This document shows positions 1 through 12,300 of a stretch of DNA of 64,000 nucleotides, in pieces. Each line of letters begins with the position of its first letter. Within the stretch, counting starts at the first letter, position 1. Below the pieces are notes generated by a model. The model saw nothing but the letters and a program-made list of their open reading frames with translations. It made no database searches and was not told where the DNA came from. Made by a program: the position numbers and the translations under genes. The stretch is taken from contig OZ004610.1 in the NCBI GenBank assembly GCA_963924565.1, forward strand, positions 16,306,001 through 16,370,000, written 5' to 3'. This stretch comes from Ascidiella aspersa. Lineage: Eukaryota.

Positions 1-268
1 TGCTCAAGGGTGCCGAGAGATATTTGGGTGCCGAGAGATATATTTACTTTTTGATTTTAACTCATATTACTTTTTGTGTAAAATTAGTGGAATAAATCCA
101 ATTATAACTTCGTACGTTGTGTAGAGTTGATGTGTGTTGTTCAAGTTCCGTTTATTGTTTGTTAGTTTAGTGAAGTACGTACGAAAAAATCTTGTTGTGG
201 TAGTGGTGCCTCAATCTATTTATTATTTCTGAAGGGTGCCGCTAACCATAAAAGGCTGGGAAACACTG
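1..268. mobile_element. right end of hAT-type MITE (family also at ~56335-56653)
   Basis: AGGGTGCCGC...AAAAGGCTGGGAAACACTG terminus; similar terminus AGGGTGCCGCAAGCCAAAAAAGGTTGCGAAACACTG near 56620-56653. Confidence 0.65.
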
Positions 269-334
269 GTTTATGTGTTTGCCTTTACTTTTTATCTTTC
301 AATTTAAAAAAAAACACAAAAACAAACAACATAC

Positions 335-3300
335 CTTTAACACTTTCAACGACGATTTCTTTCCGTTCGACAACTTCCTGCGTCATGTCAGGAAGCGGGC
401 GGGATGGGCCGGGGGTCTGTTGTTTGGGGCTTCTTTTTCTGGGTCTGGCCCGGGGGCTCGAAATGTTCGACTTGCGAGGTCGGGGACTCGGACTTTGAGC
501 GGGGCTTTGTGCGCCAGAGGACGGCGGAATGCTATCGGGAACCCGGGATCTTGGCAGAGGCGTCGAATCCATTGGTCCGTTGGTGCGCTGCTCTCGTCTT
601 CGTTGCCGGGAACTGAATGCAAAAAATATTATTTTAGTCCGGAAAGTTTGTGTGCTACCTATTGTAAAAATGTCATTACAGTTATTTTAACCTATTCCTG
701 CTAAAAACCATAATACACAAAACAAGTCCCACGTCATACCACGTCCCCGTTTCGCCCTGCGACCCTTTAAACCAGGGGTGGGCAACCTTTTTACCACAAG
801 GGCCAGTTGGGAAATGTAATGCTTACATGAGGGCCGCACATCAAATAAACACTAATTCATATTTTCAGCTTTTACTAGAAAAACTAATGAGCTACTAGGC
901 TGCAATTACGGCAGTTTTGTCAGCGCTGTCTACTTGTGAATTCGGAAATAACTTACCTACATTTCCAATGACGCCTTTCTCGTACGGATTGGCTCAGTAT
1001 AATTTAATTGACAGCCTTAATTCAAAACCAGGTGTTAAACATAACATCTCAGTCAATATGCCTGGCAAAAGTCTGTTACACCTTGACCGTACTAGACAAG
1101 TGTAATTGTTGAAAAACAATTCTTTATCATAACAACGTGACGCAGTTAAAACTTTATGAATGAAGATTGTTTTGTCATAGATGCTTCCCATTCGAGTTCA
1201 ACTGCGTTAGTGTAGCGGTGTAGCCTACATGGGCTACATCGCACTTTAAACAGGAAACTGATAGAGCAAACGTCAAGCATGGTGCACACCCATAGCCTTA
1301 TTTAGGGAAAAATAGCTGGAAAAAGGTGAAGGGCCGCATGAAAAAATGCCCGCGGGCCGCACGTTGCCCAACCCTGCTTTAAACAATCTGTTTACTTTAA
1401 TTTATATTGAATATAGAAGCGGGCTTATTAAAACGCGATCGTGCATAAGCAAAACATCAAGTAGCAAAAATCAAGAAAGAACTTCACCTGACACTGGACA
1501 GTGACGAGCCCGGTTTCATTTCCATGTCCGAATCGGCGTGAGAATAGAAGCTAACCTTGCCAGAGGTCATGCGAAGGGCGTGCGTGGTGCTGCCCGGTTC
1601 GCTTGCGGCGCTGATTGGCCGAGGATCGTCGGGAACGCCGAACATCACTTCCGGGTGGTGGTTACGTGTTTCCAGCTTGGACTCCACCGATTCGTTGTCT
1701 ACAATGGGTTTTCAACAGCATAAGTACTCACAAGTGAAATTAACTGGGTCGGAAGACTTTTTACAGTTTAGAATAGCGCTAGAGAGGCATTTCTGGCCGA
1801 TTTAAAATAATTACAGCAAGCTTACCTTCTAGCGCCACATAGTTGCTCGGGAAGTAGCCTTGCCTTCCGTTGCTCAGCATTTCGCCAAACCACCAGCTTT
1901 CGCCGTCCTTGTAGAGCAGCTTTATTAAGTCGCCCCTCGCCATCGTCAGTTCGTCCGAGCGGTTGGCTTGGTAGTCGTACAAGGCCACCACCTGATTTAA
2001 TGTTGACATTATGTTATGTTTTAGGTGCGCGCAGTATTGCCTTGTTGCTAGATAACTGTGTTCAGTACGTGGCCCCATTAGCATCGGCGCAACAATGCGT
2101 GATATAGGGCAAACCACAAAATCACTTAAGCAAAGGAGAAAAAAGAGAAGAAAACACTCACTGTTTGATCGTTTTTAATTGGTGAGGTGGCGGTGACTTG
2201 CAGTGACCTCTTCCCGTGTTCGTCGATATTAATCGAAACGTCTGGACCGACACCGCTTCGATAGGGACTACCCCCGACTGAAACAAACCTCGTGATAAAA
2301 TATATTCAAACGGCGATTTACCAGTAAACTAGCAACCCATTAAGTTCGGTCGTTTGTACATAAGGTTTATGAAATTATGTCACTTGCCAGCTGCAAAGGT
2401 AGGGCGCCACCCTCCGGACGACTCAAGCCTCGGACGGCCGGCCGCTTGGTGGTGTGCGTAGGCTCGTGCTTCTGGACTCGCGTGCGGCGAGAAAAAGGCA
2501 GGCTCCATGGATGATGCCTATAAATACAGTAAATAATAATAATATAGGAAATAACAGAGTACTATTTTATTTAAATAGTTTAAAACCTATCATTTTTACG
2601 AATTGGTGTACATAATGCAATAAAGGTGAAAAATTCATCGAAGCCTGTATAACATTGCAAGAAAGGGTCCTATAATTTTCTCATTGCGAGAAAGAAACCT
2701 ATATTTTAGAGTTGCAATCAAAAACATATATTTTTTTAACACAATTATGAATTTAAATAACCGTTTAAAAATAATGTAGTAGTTCGGTTGTATTATTTTA
2801 AAATTAAAAGATTAAACTTGCCATAGTGCTATCAAACGTCGAACCCCAGGTAAGGTCGTTGAAAGATCCCCTCAGTGGATCGAGCTGCTGACCGTAATGA
2901 GGCGCCAGATGTCCTTCGCGAGTCGCCGGTAAGCCATAAGCAGAGACTCCCCTTGGCGAACTCTGGCTCTAAAAGCAGAGCGTTTCCGTTGGTAGCGGAG
3001 GCTTTATTTAGAGGGACTTTACGCAAAAATTATATTCAAAAACAGTTTAAAATGTGTTTACTATATACCTGGATTTCATACCCGAGGCAATTAAACTCGT
3101 TTACTGGTAATTATTCAAATTAAAGTACAGTTTGAGAGACATTAAATTAAACAATATTTTGCGGGCTACAAACACCATAGTCGTGGGCCACATTTGGCAC
3201 ACGGGCTTTGGTTTGGAGTTATACCACTCCATACTATACACTTTACCTTGATGTCAAAAAATATTAGGTTACATACACAGAATATGGAATCTTTACCAGT

Positions 3301-6300
3301 GAATTAAAGCATTATATATATTTATTTTTATTAATCAAGTTAGGTACACTTATATTACAAAGTAATGATTAAAGACAATCATGCCAGCAGAGAAACTGGT
3401 TTATTTATACTGCTCGTCGCTAATATTAAAATTGCAGGCTATGAAGCCGTAACACAAACAATACCTAATTTGCCAGGAACTTCAAGAGCCAAAGCAGCCA
3501 CGAGAACGGCGAGCAATGAGCAATGAGCATGCTTTAATTCAGTGATCGGCAAACCGTGGGCAGTGGCCAAAATGTGAGTTCTTGTGACTGATTTTTAATA
3601 TTTCACCTTTATCATGTAGAAGTGTACCGCGTTATAAATACCGTACGGCGTACATACATTGTACTGTATTTTAAAAAAATGGCGTAGTTAAGAGTTTTTA
3701 TTTAAGTTATTTTTTGCGACCATTTTAGGGTTTAATTAATTTTTTTCGTCCAAAAGTACAACGCTTACTATGGCATGTTCCATGCACGTGTGACCTGTAA
3801 ACGCTAAGTTCAGCTGCATAATCGCGATTTCGATCGAGAACATTTTAGGATGAAGTGTTTTCAGACGTAATTTTGTTTGTACGCTCCGCCCCCAAAAATC
3901 CTCGACTCCCCTACTGTCGTAGATTTTTCAGGTAGAGTGGGCCTTCAATAGCTCTTAAAAAAGAATTTTAGGCCGCGACAAATAAAGTTTGCCGACTACT
4001 GCGTTAATTGACTCCATAGGATGGCCCCGTTAGAGCATTTTTTTCTACAGCAAACGTATGATTGTGGGTGGTAATAGAACGCAATCATAAAGTAACACCA
4101 TATCATTAAGGCATGCGAAGGGTATTTTAACGTTATAAAGTAAGACATCTAAATAACACGCAAAGAGTCATCATTCATCATGCAAGGTTTTTAGAATTAA
4201 AGAACTGGAAATTACGTAAGGCAAAATGCTATAATTACTGTAATTTTATTTACAGGGAAACAACTTTTATAAGGGGTATTGCTATCGGAAAGAATTAAAT
4301 TTTCCATATTAAAATTAAGAGAAAATAAGTATTTTACACCACTTTAGTGTCGCTACATGCATTACTTTAAATTTTCGGCCACCGGCAAACGCCTCGGTTG
4401 CCATAACAACCGGCACAGCTTTACGCGCGACGTTCCATGTACCGACATCACTGGAATACCCGTCTTTTGGCTGTGACATCACAAACACGTGTTTACAAAA
4501 CAAAGGATACAGTTAAGTTAAATAAAACGAAATAAAATCATAATCATTTAAACAACAGTTTCCACACAAAGTAACTTACCAAAACCGCATCCAGCTGTTG
4601 CTTTATGCGAGAAACTTTCGCTGTTTGGCGACGATCGGTTCCGACGCTGTCGTCAAGTGCTGCAATAACGGTGGTGAACAAAAACGTAATAAGCCATGGT
4701 TTCCAAGTATCGCCATAAATAACCAACGTTAAGGAATTTGTTCACCAATACCAAAATGACGAAAAAAAAATGTGTAAGTTAGAAACAAGGCAGGGAATTT
4801 TCATTACAAACTTGCGGTAAAATAAATGCAGCATTTTAAATTACTACTTGAGAACGCTTTTGTTTGGCTGACCTTAGTGAAGAACATAAAATTGTGGGAC
4901 GGTGACTTACCTTCAACCTTAATATCCTTGGCTAAATGAGATGACGCAACCACAGGAAGAATGGCGGCATCTAATGCAGCAACTGTAAGTCACAATAAAA
5001 ACACATCGTATCGCCCGGTTAAGTAAGAATAAAACAAGGTATTCAAAAAGTCGGTTGGGTCTATTAGAGCTTGAAATGCCACAAAATGTGTGGGAGATTT
5101 GTGTAAACTACTGACCTCCCTTGTCGTACTTGAACACGAGCACCGGCATGTTTGGGTAGAAACAGCAGAAGGCCACCATGTGCTCGTGCGGGTGAAAACT
5201 GACGTCGCGGACAGATCGGGAAAAGCCAAGCTCATTATAAATGGCAACCTGGTCGCCTGTGAAGTACAAAGAAATGCGAAATCGACAATTTGCTTTAATT
5301 TTTATTACTTTCATTAATTTTAATAAAACTTTCTACTTTTGAAACACTAAACACGGATCTGTTCATAATCTTCAGTAGAAAAAGAGTGACCAAAAAAATA
5401 ATATAAGATTCATTCTTTTATTTGCATACGTTTCGGCAAGTGCTCATGCCATCTTCAGTGCGGTAAAATGATAAGCACTTGACGAAACGTATACAAATAA
5501 AAGAATGGATCTTTTATCATTTATTTGGGCCACCCTTTTTCTACTTCTGTTTTTACAAACGATGTTGATTTCTCGCGAAATGGATTTTGCCGAGGCAGGT
5601 TACGACTTCAAGTCGGAATCAACGTAAGCCTTTTACCAGCGAAAGTATAGCAGCCTTTACACTTCGAGTATTTCCTCACCTGAATCGGCGTTCCACACAT
5701 AGGCGCACCCGTCCTCGCTGCCAGAGATAACAAACGATCCGCAAGCCGAAAGCGTAGAACGGAGATGTTGACGGTGACTGACGGCGCCGGTCAGTTGAAC
5801 GATAGTGTGGCTGCGCAAATTCGAAAAGAATACACCACTTAAGTGGTAAAACGAATGTCACTTGATAAATAAATATGCTTTTGCTACCAGGCATAGTAAA
5901 CTGAAAAATAGTTATTCTGGTATATATTTGTATGTCCAACGTTTCGGCTAACTATTCAGAAAGCCTTCATCAGGGAATGACACATCAGGGAATTGCGTCT
6001 TGCTGGACACGTGTGTCATTCCCTGATGAAGGCTGTCTGGATAGTTAAAAAATAGCCGAAACTTTGGACAAAAAATATATACCAGAAGAACTTAAGTTTT
6101 AGTCAGATGATAAAGTAAGTCCCTTTATAGAATGTTTGACGCGAAATACTGTTTGGTAACAATTTATTCCAAATTCCTCACATCCGGACGTCTAGTATCC
6201 TCATAACGGAGTCCCTGCAGTGGAGAAGCAGTTTGTTGTTTCTCGGATGGACCTCGATGCAGTTAATGCAAACTCCCGAAAGCTCTCGGTCCTCGTATTT

Positions 6301-9300
6301 CTGTTCAAAGGCGTTTATAGAGCTATCGGTATGTTTTTATTTTTGACCGTTTAATTTTAATAGCAAAATCGAGAGCTGTTACAAAAGCACAAAATGTGCC
6401 CTAAAACTTGTAGGTTTTTTTGAAGGGCCTTTGCATCTAAGTATAAACTGTTGGAATCGACTAACACTTGCCTTTGTTGCATAAAACACATTAATGAGAA
6501 AGCCCGTTTAAACCCTATAATATTTTAATAAGGAGTATAACTTTCTCAAACTATTACTTACGGTTTTCATCGTCCATGAAGTTTTGTAGTTTTTTCTTGC
6601 CTTTTCGTGCGCGTGGCAATTCCAAGCTAGAACCAACCCGTTACTGTCCGCGCTGTACATTGTTAAGCCTAAGTAGGAAGTTAATGTATATTTGAATTTA
6701 GTCTGTATGATGGCTTTCCATTTAATAAAGGCTAAGGCTATCAAATCAAATTCTATTTTCACTCATTTTGACAATGTTCTGACCTGTATGATCGAAAGCC
6801 AGAGAGTTGATAAACGCCTTGTGCCCATCAAGCTCCTGCAGCATTTGCGCGGTCGTTGTCGCTATATTCCAAACTCGAATTACGCAATCGTAACCACCTT
6901 ATTTCAAATGAAAGATGTGTTACAGAAGGCGGATGGGTAGTCTCTAGGACTATTAGGTTCAAAATTGTGATTTACAAAAAGCAATAATAGGTGTTCCGAC
7001 ACAAAATATCTTGGAAATACTATACCACTAAGATAATGTAAAATACAATTGCTAAATTGTTCAGGATTAAAACAAATTAAATTAGTTACTGGATTGAAAA
7101 GAATTAAATTACTTTTATATCTGATAAAGTACCGAAAACAAACTACACAGCAAAAATTCGAAGCCATAATTTACTATAATATAGCACAAAGAGCGTAGTG
7201 TACAATCAACAGTTTTGTATGCCAAGTGCTCAGGTTTACCAAACATCGTACAAGTTTAACCCGTTTCGCAATAAAAACGTGTACCACGGTCTATTAAAAA
7301 AACAGAAGTAGAATGCGTAGGATTTATTATAAATGTTTTTTGAATGGTATGAACAATGAACATGTAACAGTTTTCTTTCTTATTACTAAGGTAGAACTAT
7401 GAAAATAATACACTGACATTACAGTTTTAAGCTAACTAATACTTTTTCTATAGATGGGTTGAATAACAGGGTCACAACTGTCCTTGATAAAGCTAAACCT
7501 AGTATCGATCTGCACTTGCAGTGCAACTTAAATCGATTTGTTTCGGGACTAAGGGCGCCTTACCACAGATCAAGTTTAAAAGCGTTTTACGGATCAATGG
7601 CAGTTTACGAACCTGTTGCCACAATGTGCTGAGCCGAAGGGTGGAACGACGCCGTGTAAACATACGCGGGGTGGGGAAGGGTATGCGATGCCTTGCTCTT
7701 GTCCTTAAGTTCCCAAACCCTGCAATAAAAGGAAATGCATTGTAAGGCGCAAATATAGTCTCTCTTATTATGTTTAAACGAAGCCATGTAAATCATCTTA
7801 TTAATAATAAAACATATTTTAAAAGAAAAGTTATACAGCATTTAAACACATTACGGTTATAGGATCGTCCAGTGACAAACCACAGATCTCTCAACTATAT
7901 TGAGTACAGAAATGTACAAGCAGTTTATCCCTTACTGTGCAGTTCCGTCAGCTGAAGAAGAAACCACCTTTTCGTCGTTATTTGACCATTGGATGTCGTA
8001 TATGAGCTGTTGGTGACCATTGAGGCAGCCCATCTCACCGCCACCGGGTATACCATACACTGTATGCATTTTAAAGATGAATTAACATAAACATATAAGC
8101 TTCTAAAAACGACTGTCGTGTTTTGTTCACCCATTTGCTTTATTGATTTTTTTAAACTTTACTATGACTAGGTTAGAGGAATCAGGTGGCACTGCATAAA
8201 AACAAGTATATACTTTGACCTGATGAAGCACGGTTGTGCGAAAGCTTGTCGAGAATCAAATACAATTTGTATTTATACAGTGCCACCTGATTCCTCTATT
8301 TAGAAGTAGACAAATACGGCCATATACAAAGATTATGACTAGGTTAGCATCAGTCGAGCGTTTTAGACAAATTACATCAACACTTACGTAATATAGGGTA
8401 CGAGTTTTCGTGTTTACAAGCCACTGCAAGTCTCGTTCCTGCATTGGAGAAGCGAATAGAAAAAGCACCGTCTGATCCCGACCAAAGCCGAAGAAGAACG
8501 GAGTTTGGTATCTTGCAAGTCTGTAAGAATAACCGATTTTATAATCATTTGTGCGACGAGTTATTTTCTCATGATGTTTAGCGTTAAAACATTGCTGAAG
8601 AAATCTTTGTAATCAGTTTTAAAAGACGCTTTCAACTATAGATTATATAGGGATAAAAAAGATGTTTGACGTGGACGATACTTCATACCTGACCGGCTAG
8701 ACGACTCCATTTTGGTCTCCTGTCTTCTTCTGATGCATTTTGACTTCCGTCTGCGAATTGAAGCGAACTGTGTGCTTGGTTAATTGGTTGGGCGCCACAT
8801 TCCGGCTGGGTAGCGAACATTGAACGGGATGCAGGGTCCATCTGGTAACGTAATCAAAATATTAATTTTAGGTAAATTATCCTTTTTATACTTTTTATCC
8901 TGACACCGAAAAATTTTCCCGAAAATAGCTAGCAGTGCACCACAAAAACGTTTTATTTGGTAAATCGGTTGGTAACAGACAGTACAACTGGATATAAAAA
9001 CTAATACCTACACTTTATGTGTTGAACGCAACTTTTTAAAGGTTTAGAAAAAATGTACAAAAAGACGAAAGGAATACCTCACTCGGCCGGAGAACTGCCT
9101 TCAGAGTAACGTACAGCGTGGACGGGTATGGTTCTCTGTGCGCGTCGCGCCACCAGAAGTAAGCTGCCTCCGACTGCGACTGAGCATCGGGAGCACCGTG
9201 GAGCTGTCGGGGCGGATGAAAGAGCTGAAGGCGCACCTTCCTGCCAGCATTTGGCTGACCGTTCGATCCGATTAACTGAAAGAAGTTAAGGGAAGGCAAA

Positions 9301-12300
9301 ATGGTGAGGCAATGCGAAGGCGGGAATGTACAAGTTCGTTTAATTAAACGTATCCGTGTGACAGATTCTACGCAATTAACCACACGTAAAAAGAGGCCAA
9401 GACTCCATAATTGGACGAACATCGTGTCCTGTATTTTAACCAAAACAAAATAAATAACCTGGCTAATTTTTTTCATATATTTTTGGACAATATTTATCAA
9501 CCGAGAAATAACAATAATAACAAAGAGTCAATTTAACACTTTGGGTACATTAACATTAATGGCCCGCCTGAAAAAACTGCAACAGCTTTTGGGCAGATAA
9601 CCAAGGTTTCCACCCTCATATAATAAAAGTTGGGAATATCTTTGCCGACAGACACATTTAAACATAACCAATAAAACCCATCATACTTGTGAAATAAGGA
9701 ATGGCAATAATGAACGCTAAACTTTAAACATTGACGGAAAATTTTATCGACACCTGCCGGGGAATCTTCCTTAATTTCGGCCAAATGGCCCAGTTTACAA
9801 CTTTGATAACAGTTTTACCTTTAGAAAAGCCCAAGCAACGTTATGCCACCCCTTGTCAACGTCATCCTTGCCCTTGCGTACGTTGTTTGCCTTCGTCATG
9901 CTGACAAAATCGCGGATCTGCAATAAAATTAAAAGTACGAAGTTAATGGTGGAGTATTGGCTGATTCACAGAAATCAATTTTCGACTGACTGATTAAAGA
10001 AACTCGCACTCGCTGTGTTGTCAATTAAAATGGTCCATGGCGGCAGAGGATAACTTTGTAATTTTTTTCATTTCACTTAATTTTCAATGAAAATTGCAAA
10101 AACCCATTATATTATATTAAACAAACTATCTTTACCAGAAACAGATGAATCTGTTATCAATTCAGAATTTCAATAAACGTGGTCAATTAATTTAGTTGGG
10201 TCTTGCATAAACGTTTAGTTACACTATAAACGAATAACTTACGACAAAAAACACCATCGGACTTGGTTTTACGACGCGAGGATTGACCGGTACCAGCGCA
10301 TCTTCCCCTTGCTGTGACGTAACCGCATCTTGTTGACGTGTTAATGACGTAATCAAACTTTCGTAGCTCTCGTTAAAAATGAGGCTCTCCTCCCACCTGG
10401 GCAGGATGCTCTGATTCGTACGGAAGTCATAAGGTTGCGTCATCATCGGGAGGACTTGCGTCACAGAGTCGCTTTCGTAGTATGACGTCACACTTCTCGC
10501 ACTGAATCCAAGTAATATCGTGATCAAACTAGTATAACTTGGATCAAGTTACCGCTCGTGACATCCTGAAAAGTCATTTCATCTTTAACATTAAACGGCT
10601 TTGAAAGCTTTTATCATTTCAATTTTCTTATATAGGAGAGTAACATCCTAACCGCTTTTAAACGTGTACTGATGAAAATGTGTTGCGGGGGTAACCAGAC
10701 TACGACCGCGGTCCAAACCCGGCTCTCTAGTTTAATTCAAATCATAAAGATAATCATATCTTTTTTTAATATTGGTTAATGTTTCCTTCTTTTATTAATA
10801 TGCAATTCAAGTCAGTTCAAAACAAAATTTGATATCCGGCCAGCGAGATAGTTAATCCATACAGTAATCCGCAGCCCGCGGTCATTACAGTTATCCGGCC
10901 CGAAAAATTGGGTGACCACCTGCGGCCCGCGGACCGGATCGTCAGTCAATATAAATTGTTGATCGCATTTCCTAAACGTATTTTTGTTACACCTTATTAC
11001 GATCATTAACGACATCATGTAAAATCTAAACAGAACAACAAAAGTCTTTTTTTCCTGCGCGAACGCTTTACCGTCTGCTTTTACATAATAATCATACAAA
11101 ATTAATTATTAAAATTTTACCCAACAAACGCATGTTTTGTTCCAACGCTTTCATTTCTCTTTTTTCGACGTAATTAAACCAATTATATATTGTAAATGAA
11201 TTCTAGATCCGCTTTCTGATCAATAAATTGTTATTAAAACATTTAAACAACACGTTAAAAAAGTTGTCATTTAAAATTGTTACGGCCTGCTGTGCCTTTT
11301 TTGAGTTTGGCATTGGCCTGCGACTAGGAAATGGTTACCGTCCCTGCTGTAGAGTGTTTTATTCACTCTGATCGCATGTCGATATATATTTTCTTTGTTC
11401 TGTTTTCATGAAGTCTTTCGACCACAGCCTGACGTAAAATTTAAAGCTGAAAAAACGATCCCTTAAAAGTACCTGTCGCTTTTCTGCAGAAACTGTCCGT
11501 TGCCGCCGTCCACCAAGGAAACGCGCACAGCCGGGTGCGAAATGTACTTAAGGTTAGCGCGGAGATGGTCGCACTGGTGGACCGTGACGCCAAGCACCAG
11601 GCCGTCGTCACGTGATCGCGCTTTTCTCCTGGCAGTCCGCGCTCTTCGTGTTCTTGAGCTGGACGGAGTTTGGGTGTCGTCTGGAAGAGTCGGGATCACT
11701 GGCTCTTCCCTCGGCGTGGAGGTAGATTGTTCGAGATCGTCCTCACGGTACGTTTCCGGTTCTTCATCGGGTTGGAGATTTTTTTTCGTCGCCACTGTCG
11801 GTAACACAAAACGAATGCTGCATTAATACAACATTCGCCTAAAGTAGTAGGATTTCACTAGTCAGCCCCAAAATTGTCGCTTAAATGAAACTACACAAAA
11901 TGCCTTCGAAGAGGCCTACCGAAATCAGTCAGCCTGACCAGGATTGTAGTGCAAACAAGGTCCAGCTAGAAAGACAACTAGGCAACGGTTAGGTTCGAAC
12001 TCACGACCTCCGGCCATACCGGTACCGTCACTCTACTAACTAAGCTACGCAGACTCGGAAATCAATCAAAGGGAATCAAGAGCTGGTATTTCAGCAACTC
12101 CAACACACATATGCATCAAGTCTTTTTGCAGTATCACTAGCCAACCTCAAGGGCACCCAAATATCATATATATGAGTTGTTCAATGAAAGTATTTGTGTT
12201 TTGACCAAATTAGAACGAACAACATTTACAAAACAGAAATTGCTTTTTTGCATAGTTTCCGTAACACTTGAAAAATTCTAAAAAAAATCGAATTAATAAT

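Noticed and set aside
273-704. Plus-strand ORFs opposite GC-rich exons (also 11500-11826, 16047-16394, 35397-35732, 50852-51154)
   Set aside because: Antisense shadows of minus-strand exons.
5424-5976. Intramolecular double hammerhead formed by the two ACGU-type ribozymes
   Set aside because: The dimer fold swaps stem I partners, and UCC/UGC and GCA/GGA do not pair.
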